A stretch of DNA of 64,000 bases from Patescibacteria group bacterium (GTDB lineage: Bacteria > Patescibacteriota > Minisyncoccia > UBA6257 > GWB1-50-10): assembly GCA_030018585.1 (NCBI GenBank), contig JASEHZ010000001.1, positions 9,484 through 73,483 of the forward strand, written 5' to 3'. This document shows, piece by piece, positions 9,872-18,483 of the stretch. The translations under genes and the position numbers were made by a program. Each line of letters opens with the position of its first letter. Position 1 is the stretch's first letter. The notes beneath the pieces were generated by a model. It saw nothing but the letters and a program-made list of their open reading frames with translations. It searched no databases and was not told where the DNA came from.

Positions 9872-10249
9872 TTATTTTTCAGTGTTTTTATCTTCATCAT
9901 TATTATTTTTCTTTTTGCGGATAAGGTGAGTAGCAACGCTAATTCCGGCAGCAAGTGCAGCAACAGTTCCGCCAACCCACCATTTTTTCTTAGCAAGAAA
10001 TTCTTTGACCCGATTGAATCGTTCATTAAACTTTCCGTTTTCAATTTCTTTTTTAAGCAAAGTTGCTTGGGCGGTTACTGTTTTTTCATCTTCTTCATTC
10101 CAATCGCAGAGTTTTTCGAGAGGTTTAATTACTTCCTCGTCATAATAAGAGCTATTGTAGGCGGCATTGGCCGTTGGTATATCGCATCGGCGTGGTATTT
10201 TTATAGCGCCGATTATTTTTTTTAATTTCGCTCGTTCTTTTTCAGTCAT
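9872..10249 (-). CDS. Hypothetical C-terminally membrane-anchored protein
   Basis: 125-aa ORF with C-terminal hydrophobic helix WWVGGTVAALAAGISVATHLI. Confidence 0.35.
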   Translation of the reverse strand: MTEKERAKLKKIIGAIKIPRRCDIPTANAAYNSSYYDEEVIKPLEKLCDWNEEDEKTVTAQATLLKKEIENGKFNERFNRVKEFLAKKKWWVGGTVAALAAGISVATHLIRKKKNNNDEDKNTEK

Positions 10250-10323
10250 GGCTCATTCTTTAGAATTATTAAAATTAACTTTTCTTATTATAGAATATAT
10301 GGCAGAATAAATAAAGTTTTAAA

Positions 10324-10447
10324 AGGGCCTATGGTTCAGTGGTAGAACGCGGTCCCGCCCATACTTCGTATAGCGGGGTTGCGATTTGTAAATAAAAATC
10401 TTATCATTTTTATACAAATCGGGAACATTCGCACTGTGCCCCGCACC
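10324..10447 (+). ncRNA. Unresolved tRNA-like structured element: tRNA-like acceptor+D-arm, two hairpins, then GCCCCGC-ACCA end
   Basis: GGGCCTATGGTTCAGTGGTAGAAC is a canonical tRNA 5' third but no matching 3' acceptor strand exists; hairpin CCCGCCATAC-TTC-GTATAGCGGG and long hairpin GCGATTTGTAAATAAAAAT...ATTTTTATACAAATCG follow; GCGGGGT pairs with GCCCCGC before ACCA. Confidence 0.3.
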
Positions 10448-10454
10448 AAATTTA

Positions 10455-10525
10455 TGGGGGTATAGTATAGTGGTAATACGCGGCATTCGCATTGCCGAGA
10501 CTCGGGTTCAATTCCCGATACCTCC
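10455..10525 (+). tRNA. tRNA-Ala (anticodon CGC), no encoded CCA
   Basis: Manual fold: acceptor GGGGGTA/TACCTCC (G3:U70 wobble), D-arm GTAT-AGTGGTA-ATAC, anticodon stem CGGCA/TGCCG loop TTCGCAT, T-arm TCGGG-TTCAATT-CCCGA. Confidence 0.7.
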
Positions 10526-10544
10526 ACTATTAAATTTTGGTGCG

Positions 10545-10582
10545 GGGTTGTCGAGACAGGAGTTCAATTCCCGATACCTCCA
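10545..10582 (+). repeat. Decayed duplicate of tRNA-Ala 3' end
   Basis: GTTCAATTCCCGATACCTCCAC at 10505-10526 recurs at 10561-10582; T-stem 5' strand mutated (TCGGG to AGGAG); copy ends ACCA. Confidence 0.55.
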
Positions 10583-10787
10583 CCAAGAGAAATTTTTCGA
10601 AAACATCACCCTTTTTATTTTTAATGGGATAGTATTTTTTTCTGGATGTTATTTAAGGGATGTCCGCTTGTGGTTTGGGGAAATAAACTGCGGATGGAAA
10701 TTGGTGCAATAAATATTTTGGATTTGCTTTGCCGCGCGGCATTACTTTATACGGGACGATCATTCTAGTGATATTTGGTTTTTTGTT

Positions 10788-11477
10788 TTAGAAGATACGG
10801 CGAATCAAATTTCTTATAGAAAGCATTCCATGCCGGAAAACCATTTCGCGCCACAATTTTTTGGGCCGGGTAATATTTTCAAATTTTTTTTCACGGATTG
10901 CTTTGAAAACCGAAGCGATATTTTTCGTTTCCATTTCAATTATGGCGTAATCTTTGTCTAGTCCCCAAAGATCGTGAGTGTCTGAAGAGGCGATAAAAGG
11001 AAGACTATATTTTTGGGCAATTTTTTCACCTTTTTTATTTCTATTAAATTGTTTGGAATAAAACCACGAATGTTCAATTGCATCAAAAAGATCAATATCG
11101 ATTTCAAGTTCGTTTTTTAAAGAATAGTTGCCGTAAAAAAAAGGATGAGGCGCGATAATAAATATTTCCGGATGTTCTTTTTTATATTTTCTTAATTCAG
11201 AAAATGTTTTTATTATTTCAATGTCTTTTTTTGTGTTTAGGATAAGAACGTGGCAATTTTCGATATTAAGTTCGACGCCGGAGATTAAAAGAATGCCGTT
11301 TTTTTTAGCGTATTTTTCGTATTCCTCGATATTAATAGATTTTTTGTGGCAGGTAAGAGCTAAAATATCAAAACCAAGCTCTTTTGCCCCATCAATGCCT
11401 TTTAAAAAAGTATAATTTATACCCTTGTCGTGAGGGTCATCGTTCGTGTGAAAATGCAGATTGGTCTTAAATTTCAT
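10788..11477 (-). CDS. PHP-domain metal-dependent phosphoesterase
   Basis: N-terminal HFHTNDDPHD motif and later His/Asp residues typical of PHP family; 229 aa. Confidence 0.65.
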   Translation of the reverse strand: MKFKTNLHFHTNDDPHDKGINYTFLKGIDGAKELGFDILALTCHKKSINIEEYEKYAKKNGILLISGVELNIENCHVLILNTKKDIEIIKTFSELRKYKKEHPEIFIIAPHPFFYGNYSLKNELEIDIDLFDAIEHSWFYSKQFNRNKKGEKIAQKYSLPFIASSDTHDLWGLDKDYAIIEMETKNIASVFKAIREKKFENITRPKKLWREMVFRHGMLSIRNLIRRIF

Positions 11478-11569
11478 AAGTCTGTATGCTATAATCTATA
11501 TTAGCGTAAACAACTAAAGGTCGACAATTATAATTTTTATAAAAAGGTCAAACAAGGTTAATTTTTAGT

Positions 11570-12250
11570 ATGGTTATTCAAGATTTAACAGATATTATTG
11601 GTGATCCATTACAGAATATTTGGTCAGGCGCAATGCAGGTAATCGGCAATATCATTGTTGCCGCCGTTGTGCTTATTGTTGGCATAATCATTGCTAACGC
11701 TTTGGCCAAATTAGTGGAAGAGATAATTAAGCGGATTAAACTTGACAGTGTTTTGTCTGGCGCGGGCTTGAAGCCTTATTTTGAAAGAGCCGGGATGAAT
11801 TTGAATAGCGGTCGATTTTTAGGTCAGCTGGTTTATTGGTTTTTGGCGATAGTTTTCTTGCTTGCTGCAAGCGATGTGCTTGGTTTTGTGGCGCTTTCTA
11901 GTTTCTTGCGCGGCGCAGTGGATTATATCCCAAATGTTATTGTCGCAGTTTTGATTATGCTTGCTGCGGTGATTATGGCTAATTTTTTACAACGCGTTAT
12001 TCACGCCTCAGTTAAAAGCGCCAAACTTCATGCTGCAAGTTTCTTGTCACATCTCACTTGGTGGGCAGTAGTGCTTTTTGGTTTCTTTGCCGCCTTGAGT
12101 CAGTTGGGAATAGCGGTTGCTATTATTAATTCGTTGATTACGGGTTTTGTGGCAATGCTTGCTCTTGCTGGCGGCATTGCTTTTGGTTTGGGCGGTAAGG
12201 ATTATGCATCATATCTTATCTCCAAGCTTCGCGAAAAAACCGAAAGATAG
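11570..12250 (+). CDS. Polytopic membrane protein with repeated conserved TM helices (MscS-associated TM_helix-like)
   Basis: 226 aa, several similar hydrophobic helices with short polar linkers. Confidence 0.4.
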   Translation: MVIQDLTDIIGDPLQNIWSGAMQVIGNIIVAAVVLIVGIIIANALAKLVEEIIKRIKLDSVLSGAGLKPYFERAGMNLNSGRFLGQLVYWFLAIVFLLAASDVLGFVALSSFLRGAVDYIPNVIVAVLIMLAAVIMANFLQRVIHASVKSAKLHAASFLSHLTWWAVVLFGFFAALSQLGIAVAIINSLITGFVAMLALAGGIAFGLGGKDYASYLISKLREKTER

Positions 12251-12273
12251 ATTTTTCTAAAAGAAAAATTTTT

Positions 12274-12306
12274 CCGCTCCGATCCAAAATCGGAGCGGGT
12301 TTTTAT
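12274..12306 (+). terminator. Intrinsic terminator (CCGCTCCGAT-CCAAAA-TCGGAGCGG then GTTTTTAT)
   Basis: 9-bp GC-rich stem followed by T-run. Confidence 0.65.
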
Positions 12307-12347
12307 AAACATTTGCAATTTTTAAAAGACATGTTAATATTTTTCAT

Positions 12348-12656
12348 ATGTTCGCAATAATAGAAACCGGCGGCAAGCAATATAAAGTTTTGTCCGGCCA
12401 AAAATTAAAAGTTGAAAAACTAGATGCAAAACAAAGTTCAATTATTCATTTTGATCATGTGCTTCTTAGAGCCGATGACGCAAGCGTTGCAATTGGTGAA
12501 CCGTATATAAAAGGAGCTGTGGTGGGGGCTAAAGTATTAAGAGAAGCGAGAGAAAAAAAGAAGATTGTCTTTAGATATCATTCCAAAACCCGCTATCGAA
12601 AATTCAAGACTCACAGGCAGCCTTTTACTGAATTGGAAATTACGAAAATCTACTAA
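12348..12656 (+). CDS. rplU: 50S ribosomal protein L21
   Basis: MFAIIETGGKQYKV start and ...YRKFKTHRQ... pattern; 102 aa. Confidence 0.9.
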   Translation: MFAIIETGGKQYKVLSGQKLKVEKLDAKQSSIIHFDHVLLRADDASVAIGEPYIKGAVVGAKVLREAREKKKIVFRYHSKTRYRKFKTHRQPFTELEITKIY

Positions 12657-12684
12657 AAATCTCCAAATTTTGGGGATTTTTTGT
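12657..12684 (+). terminator. Intrinsic terminator after rplU
   Basis: AAATCTCCAAA-T-TTTGGGGATTT hairpin followed by TTTTGTTG. Confidence 0.55.
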
Positions 12685-12699
12685 TGTTTGGCCATCCTC

Positions 12700-12728
12700 T
12701 TGACAGAATTTAGGAGTGGCACTATAAT
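12700..12728 (+). promoter_or_regulatory. Consensus sigma70-type promoter TTGACA-17-TATAAT
   Basis: TTGACA at 12700-12705, 17-nt spacer, TATAAT at 12723-12728, ~50 nt upstream of ORF 12779. Confidence 0.6.
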
Positions 12729-12778
12729 TATTCCAGCTTTACTTTAAATAATTTTTAAATAAACGAAAGGATTAATCA

Positions 12779-13159
12779 ATGAAATTATATACGGAAGTGA
12801 CTGAAACAAATGGCGCCAATATTCCGATTCGCTGGTGTATTAATAAAGAAGAATTTGAGTATTTAAAACATAACGAGATTAAAGACCCGTATTTGCTTAT
12901 TGTGGTAGTGCCTGAGCGTGGTAGATCTCTAGTGCAACGTTATCTTGTGCCGATTGGCCGATTAATGGAATATATTCAATTACGCGGCATCCCGGTAAAA
13001 ATCGCATCATGGCTTCTATTGTTTGGAGTGATCCTTGGACTCATAGAGGGTATGAGGGCTATGGGGGATTGTGGGAAAGATATTTGGGAAGAGGCTATAG
13101 TAGTAATTATCGCATTGGCATTCTTAATTACGATGGCGTTATTAATAAATCTGACTTAG
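12779..13159 (+). CDS. Hypothetical membrane protein (possibly N-terminal part of a frameshifted larger gene)
   Basis: 126-aa ORF overlapping the next ORF by 151 nt in another frame. Confidence 0.3.
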   Translation: MKLYTEVTETNGANIPIRWCINKEEFEYLKHNEIKDPYLLIVVVPERGRSLVQRYLVPIGRLMEYIQLRGIPVKIASWLLLFGVILGLIEGMRAMGDCGKDIWEEAIVVIIALAFLITMALLINLT

Positions 13160-13974
13160 GTCTTCATCTTGGTTATGATGAACTTTATGTTGATGTGCCA
13201 AAAGAACTTTTTGCTAAAGAACCGCCAGAATGGGAAAAGCGTTGGGTTAATTTCTGGTTTGAAACAAAAGCAGTTGATGAGTGTAAGTATAAAAAGCGCC
13301 GCATAGTTGCTTATATACCGTTTTTACAGCCAATGTGCGTTTTGTTTTGGTTAATAACAAAGATGATTTGGCGGTATCTTGTAGCTTTGATTTGTCTTTT
13401 GGTAGGCAGAGGAATTAATTTAAAACCGCTCGTTCGTCCTTGGGCAGAGGATTGCGAGGATTTATATAAATATCCAGACACAAAATTTTTTGTTGAGAAA
13501 AAACCATTGTTTTGGCCGCTTATCCCCGGAGTTTCTGTTTTTTTCTTGATAACCGGATATTTATTGTGGAAATTTGATATTGAACATTTTGCCTGGCTTA
13601 CCTGGTTTTATGCTGATTGGTATATGCTGTTAGTTGGGATAATAATAGTGATTGCTATTTTGTTTGCTCTGGAGTTTTTTGTAGTAGGATTTGTTTACTT
13701 TTTTAGCAGATTAATTGACTATTTTGCTGATAAAGCAAAAAAAGCAAAATCACAACCAACTATGACTGAAGAAACTTTAAAAGCGGAACAAAAGCGGAAA
13801 AAGGGACAGGAAAAGTTAAAGAGAAAATATCAGGAATTTGAAACATTACTTGCTTGTGATGGCGACCAAGAAAAATTTAAGCCAACTCTCGAAGCTTTAC
13901 CATCAAGCCATCGCACGATTTACCTTCGTTTTAAGGATTTAAAAGCAAAAGTTTGCAAACCTTTTGCCGGATAA
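13009..13974 (+). CDS. Hypothetical polytopic membrane protein with K/E-rich C-terminal tail
   Basis: 321-aa ORF; true start may be internal or fused to 12779 ORF by a frameshift. Confidence 0.35.
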   Translation: MASIVWSDPWTHRGYEGYGGLWERYLGRGYSSNYRIGILNYDGVINKSDLGLHLGYDELYVDVPKELFAKEPPEWEKRWVNFWFETKAVDECKYKKRRIVAYIPFLQPMCVLFWLITKMIWRYLVALICLLVGRGINLKPLVRPWAEDCEDLYKYPDTKFFVEKKPLFWPLIPGVSVFFLITGYLLWKFDIEHFAWLTWFYADWYMLLVGIIIVIAILFALEFFVVGFVYFFSRLIDYFADKAKKAKSQPTMTEETLKAEQKRKKGQEKLKRKYQEFETLLACDGDQEKFKPTLEALPSSHRTIYLRFKDLKAKVCKPFAG

Positions 13975-13990
13975 TCTTATTATGAATTAA

Positions 13991-14014
13991 CCCCGCTTGA
14001 CAGCGGGGTTTTTA
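13991..14014. terminator. Hairpin terminator CCCCGCT-TGACA-AGCGGGG + T5 (shared convergent terminator with recR)
   Basis: Perfect 7-bp GC stem with T-run on + strand. Confidence 0.6.
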
Positions 14015-14611
14015 ATTTCTTCTTTCCAAAGCACTATTTAATGTTTCTTCGTCAGCAAATTCAATTTCGCCGCCCGTAGGAATGCCGCGGCCCAGACGGG
14101 TTATTTTTTCTGCAAGATTTTTAAATTCCTGACGAATTATATCAGCGGTAAAATCGCCAAAAGTATTTGGATTTAAAGCAATAATAATTTCTTTTATTTT
14201 TCCGTTCGATTCTTTTATAATCCTGTCTTTCAAATGTTTTAACCGTAATTTTTGAATGGTTTCCAATGCGCCCCGTTCGTTTAATTCACCAAGGATTAAA
14301 TAATGGCCTTTGAAATGTCCGGTTTTTTCAATTGAGATTAAATCGGTTTCTTTTTCAACAATAGCGATAACAGCGCAGTCACGGCTTTTGTTTGAACAGA
14401 TTTCACAAATTTTTTCGCTGCTATTTTTAAGAAAAAAGCATCGTTCGCACCGGTCCAATTCTTTTAAGTTGCTTAGCGATGCAATAAGATTATCAAGGCT
14501 TGCGCGATCAAGGTTGAGTAGATAAAAAACAAGACGAGTAACAAGTCGAGGTCCCAAAGATGGGAGTTTTGAAAAATTATCAATAAATTTTTGAATTGAT
14601 TCTGGGATCAT
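14012..14611 (-). CDS. recR: Recombination protein RecR
   Basis: N-terminal HhH (LPSLGPRLVTRLVFYLL), C4 zinc finger CERCFF...CEICSN, Toprim region; 199 aa. Confidence 0.9.
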   Translation of the reverse strand: MIPESIQKFIDNFSKLPSLGPRLVTRLVFYLLNLDRASLDNLIASLSNLKELDRCERCFFLKNSSEKICEICSNKSRDCAVIAIVEKETDLISIEKTGHFKGHYLILGELNERGALETIQKLRLKHLKDRIIKESNGKIKEIIIALNPNTFGDFTADIIRQEFKNLAEKITRLGRGIPTGGEIEFADEETLNSALERRN

Positions 14612-14735
14612 CCCGTTAGAAACAGGTCGTCTAGGGCGACCGTAAATAAAGCGGCCTTTTATTTAATATTTATGTTTTTTGGCAAATGCTTAATATTCAT
14701 AGATTTCATAATTTGGTTGCTTCTAACGGGATCAT
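14612..14735 (-). repeat. ATG-flanked palindromic leader element, copy 1 (dnaB-recR intergenic)
   Basis: Minus-strand reading ATGATCCCGTTAGAAGCAACC...CCTGTTTCTAACGGG then ATG of recR; shares internal TATGAATATTAAGCATTTnCCAAAAAACATAAATAT with copy 3. Confidence 0.7.
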
Positions 14736-16084
14736 AACGGTTCTTCGGTTGAGTGTTGGGTATCAATACTCCGAAAGCTTACTTTTTCCGGGTCAAAACG
14801 CAATTTTATTGATCCAACAGGTCCGTTTCTGTGTTTGGCAATAATAATTTCCGCGATATTCTGTTCTTCTTCCGGGATATCAATTCTTTCCCTGTCTTTT
14901 CTGTAAATGAAAATCACGACATCAGCGTCCTGTTCTAATGATCCGCTTTCTCGAAGATCGGAAAGGCGAGGTATTTTAACTTCTCTTTTATCAACGTCGC
15001 GGGAAAGCTGGGAAACGGCCAAAACCGGAATATTTAATTCGCGGGCCAGTGCTTTTAATCCTCGGGAAGTTTCTGTGACCTGTTGAACAATATTGTCGCT
15101 ATTTGTCCTAGGGTTAATAAGCTGAATATAGTCAATTATCAAAAGGTCAAGTCCATGTTCAATCTGAAGTCTGCGGGCCATTGATCGCATTTGAAGAATA
15201 TTTGGTGATGGTGTGTCATCAATAAAAAGCGGCGCTTTTGACAATTCTTCAAGAGCTTGCTGGACTAAAGCAAATTCAAGTTCGTCATTTAAACGGCCCG
15301 TACGTAATCGCCACAGCGGAATTTGGGCTTGGCTTGCGATGATTCTATCAATTATTTGTTCCCGGGACATTTCAAGAGAGCAGACGCCCACGATTTTTCC
15401 GTTAATCGCGGCTTGGCGGGCAATGTCGAGGGCAAGCGTTGTTTTGCCAAAAGAAGGTCGTGCGCCAACAATAATAAAATCTGAACGTTGAAGGCCGGAA
15501 AGTAAATTATCGAGTTGAGGGAAAAAAGTCGGGATACCTCTTAAGCCGCCTTTTTCTCCTCGGTGAAGTTTTTCTAGTCTTTCATAGGCTTCAGCGAGTT
15601 CCTCTTTTACTTGGATGAATTTTTGCGGTCTGGAAGTGCCGGCAATACTGAAGATTTTTTGTTCGACATTATCAAGAAGCGTTTCAAAATCGCGGTGATC
15701 AAGGGCTTGTTCGTTGATTTGAGAAGATGCTTCAATAAGATCGCGGCGGACTCTTTTTTCTCTTACAATTTCAGCATAACGATCGACATGGGCGGAGGTC
15801 GGTACTGAAGAAACAAGTTCGGTTAAATAATCTGCGCCGCCAATTTCTTTTAATTGTTTTTTTGATTTTAATTTATGCGAGACTGTTAAAAGGTCGATTG
15901 GTTCGCCTTTTTCAAAAAGTTCTATGGTTGCATCATAGATTTTTTGATGAGCAGGATGATAAAAATCAATTGGCCGTAAACAGTCAGCAACTTTTATAAT
16001 CGCATTTTTATCAAGCATGATAGCGCCCAAGACTGACCGCTCGGCTTCTAAGTCTTGCGGCGGCAATTTTATGTTTTTAGCCAT
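14732..16084 (-). CDS. dnaB: Replicative DNA helicase DnaB
   Basis: N-terminal DnaB domain (ERSVLGAIMLD), Walker A GARPSFGKTT, 450 aa. Confidence 0.9.
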   Translation of the reverse strand: MAKNIKLPPQDLEAERSVLGAIMLDKNAIIKVADCLRPIDFYHPAHQKIYDATIELFEKGEPIDLLTVSHKLKSKKQLKEIGGADYLTELVSSVPTSAHVDRYAEIVREKRVRRDLIEASSQINEQALDHRDFETLLDNVEQKIFSIAGTSRPQKFIQVKEELAEAYERLEKLHRGEKGGLRGIPTFFPQLDNLLSGLQRSDFIIVGARPSFGKTTLALDIARQAAINGKIVGVCSLEMSREQIIDRIIASQAQIPLWRLRTGRLNDELEFALVQQALEELSKAPLFIDDTPSPNILQMRSMARRLQIEHGLDLLIIDYIQLINPRTNSDNIVQQVTETSRGLKALARELNIPVLAVSQLSRDVDKREVKIPRLSDLRESGSLEQDADVVIFIYRKDRERIDIPEEEQNIAEIIIAKHRNGPVGSIKLRFDPEKVSFRSIDTQHSTEEPL

Positions 16085-16093
16085 AGTTTTGTT

Positions 16094-17563
16094 TTACGGA
16101 GTATTTTTTGAAGATGTTTTAATAAAAGGACCCGTCGGCGTATCTTCTACTTCATATCCTAATTTATTTATTTTTTTCCTCAAGACGTCGGCTTGGATAA
16201 ACTGTTTATGAGTTCTGCATAATTCTCGGTTTTTGACTATTTTTATGACTTTGGGCGGAAGTTTTAGAGATTTTAGGTTAATGCCAAGGATATTTAATAA
16301 AAATTCAATGTATTTTTTGAGCAATTTTGCTTCCGAGCTTTTCATTTGCCAGATTTGTTTTTGATATTTAAGGCCAAAATCAAAAATATGGGCAATGGCG
16401 AAAGCTGTATTTAGGTCGTTATCCATGCCAGTAAAAAATTCTTCTTGTGCCGTCTTAAGATTGTTTTTAAGATTGAAATTTTCTCCTTTTTCATTTTTTG
16501 AATCAATGACTTTTTGGAGCTTTCTTAAAAATTCTTGAACGGAATTTAATGAATTTTGCGCTTGATTAGTTAAACTGTCCGTATAATTTATCGGTGAGCG
16601 GTAATGATGGTTTAAAACAATCCAGCGCAAAATTAGAGGGTCGTATTTTCCCAAGAATTTTTCAATGCTAATAAAATTATTTAAACTTTTTGACATTTTT
16701 TTCCCGTTAACAAGGAGAGATCCGGTATGCATCCAAATTTTTACAAACGGTTTTTTCCCCGAAGCCGATTCTTGCTGGGCGATTTCCGCTTCATGGTGAG
16801 GAAATTTTAAATCAATGCCGCCGCCGTGGATATCGTACTGCGGACCAAAGAATTTTTCCGTAATTGCCGTATCTTCAATGTGCCAGCCGGGTCTGCCCCA
16901 ACCTAGCGGTGTAAACCACGCTGGTTCGCCGTCGCGAGTTAAGACCTTTTTGTAGTTTTTCCATTTTCGATCTTGGATTATTTCTAATTTTGGAAATTTC
17001 CAAAGACAAAAATCCCCTCTATTTTTTTTATTTTTGCTGGTATCGATCCTTGAAATGGCGTCTTCGGCTTGTTCGGTTGTTCTTTTTGATAATTTTCCGT
17101 AATCAGAGAATTTTGAAATATCGAAATAAATACCATCATCTTTTATTTTATAAGCATAATTTTTATTAATTAGTGTAGTGACTTGTTTTATAATTTCGGG
17201 AATAAATTTGCTTGCTTCGGCATATTTATTAATTGAAGCTACATCAAGCTTTTTCATATCTTTTTTATATTCTTTAGTAAAAAATCGGGCTAATTCGTCC
17301 GGTTTTTTGTTTTCTTTTTTTGCTCGAACAATTATCTTGTCATCAACATCAGTGATGTTTTGAAGGTAGAAAGTTTTAAAACCTCGCGCTTTTAAATATC
17401 GGACTAAAACATCGAAAACGATGTAAGTTCGAGCGTGGCCAATATGGGGATAATCATAAACTGTTGGGCCGCAGACAAAAAGATTAATTCTTTGTTTTTT
17501 GGGGGACAGCGCTTCTTTTTTTTGGGAAAGAGTATTAAAAATTTGCATGAAGGTTATAACCAT
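16094..17563 (-). CDS. cysS: Cysteinyl-tRNA synthetase
   Basis: HIGH (HIGHARTY) and KMSKS motifs; 489 aa. Confidence 0.9.
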   Translation of the reverse strand: MVITFMQIFNTLSQKKEALSPKKQRINLFVCGPTVYDYPHIGHARTYIVFDVLVRYLKARGFKTFYLQNITDVDDKIIVRAKKENKKPDELARFFTKEYKKDMKKLDVASINKYAEASKFIPEIIKQVTTLINKNYAYKIKDDGIYFDISKFSDYGKLSKRTTEQAEDAISRIDTSKNKKNRGDFCLWKFPKLEIIQDRKWKNYKKVLTRDGEPAWFTPLGWGRPGWHIEDTAITEKFFGPQYDIHGGGIDLKFPHHEAEIAQQESASGKKPFVKIWMHTGSLLVNGKKMSKSLNNFISIEKFLGKYDPLILRWIVLNHHYRSPINYTDSLTNQAQNSLNSVQEFLRKLQKVIDSKNEKGENFNLKNNLKTAQEEFFTGMDNDLNTAFAIAHIFDFGLKYQKQIWQMKSSEAKLLKKYIEFLLNILGINLKSLKLPPKVIKIVKNRELCRTHKQFIQADVLRKKINKLGYEVEDTPTGPFIKTSSKNTP

Positions 17564-18483
17564 CCTCTTTTTCTAAAGAACGCTGCTACGCCTAATAGAA
17601 TTGCAGAAATAACAAAAAAGTAAATCCAGAAATCAGCTGGCTCTTTTATAAAAGTCGCTTCTACTTGAGGTTGAAGAGCGATGGTTGCGTAAAGAACAAG
17701 CGGAAAAGTAAGAAAGCCGAGAATGGAAAATCTTCGGATGATTTCCGAGGTTTTAAATTCAAAAAGCTGGGAAACAGTTTGGCTGTAAGATTCAACAGTC
17801 GCTTTCAGATTTTCAAGCAAAAGGTGGATCTTAAGAAAGTCTCCTTCTAAATCGGCAAAATAAATTGCGGCATGTTTGCCCCAAAAATTAACGCCAATGT
17901 CAGAAAGAGAAGTAAGTGTTGATTTTTGCGGTACGGCAATAATAGCAAAATCAAGAAGGTCGCGTTTGATTGACGAAATGTCCTCCAATAATTTTCGGTC
18001 TTGGCGTTTAAATATTTGGTCGCCGACAAAGTTTACTTTCCGTTCAACGTGTTTTAATTGTCTTAAAGAGAAATCATTTACCTCTTCTAGAATGTAGTAG
18101 ACAATTTGTGCGGCGTTGTTGATTGTGTTTTGATATTTTTTTTCGAGATCCCGCTCAAATTGGTTAATTGGCTCGATTTCTTCGTAAGTGACGGTAATTA
18201 ATATTTCTTTAGTGGCGACAAAATCTATTTCTGCTCGGCGAGAGGTTTGTTCTAAATTGTTGTAAATTGGCAAGTGATAAACCAAAAAAAGATAATCGTC
18301 GTAAGTTTCAATCTTACTTCGGTCCGACGGGCTTAAAAGTTCGTCAAGAATTAAGGGGTGGATATTAAATTCGTTTTTTAATTCATTAACGTCGTTTTTG
18401 TTGGGACGAGTTAAGTGAATCCATTTTAAGTTATTTTTTATTTTTGTTTCGGTCATATTTTTAATATTTTTTAACGGCTCCAA
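17554..18483 (-). CDS. CorA-like divalent cation transporter (divergent; no canonical GMN)
   Basis: 309 aa, soluble N-domain plus two C-terminal TM helices in CorA arrangement; YGMN replaced. Confidence 0.45.
   Translation of the reverse strand: MEPLKNIKNMTETKIKNNLKWIHLTRPNKNDVNELKNEFNIHPLILDELLSPSDRSKIETYDDYLFLVYHLPIYNNLEQTSRRAEIDFVATKEILITVTYEEIEPINQFERDLEKKYQNTINNAAQIVYYILEEVNDFSLRQLKHVERKVNFVGDQIFKRQDRKLLEDISSIKRDLLDFAIIAVPQKSTLTSLSDIGVNFWGKHAAIYFADLEGDFLKIHLLLENLKATVESYSQTVSQLFEFKTSEIIRRFSILGFLTFPLVLYATIALQPQVEATFIKEPADFWIYFFVISAILLGVAAFFRKRGWL

Noticed and set aside
10324-10447. Group I intron inside a tRNA
   Set aside because: The interruption is only about 100 nt and no 3' exon with a matching acceptor strand exists.
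10336-10527. 63-aa minus-strand ORF across the tRNA cluster
   Set aside because: It overlaps two tRNA-like genes. Its translation is an artefact of tRNA sequence.
14732-14735. Alternative genetic code (UGA recoding, as in some CPR lineages)
   Set aside because: dnaB and recR end cleanly at TGA, with neighbouring signals immediately following. Standard code 11 fits all confidently called genes.
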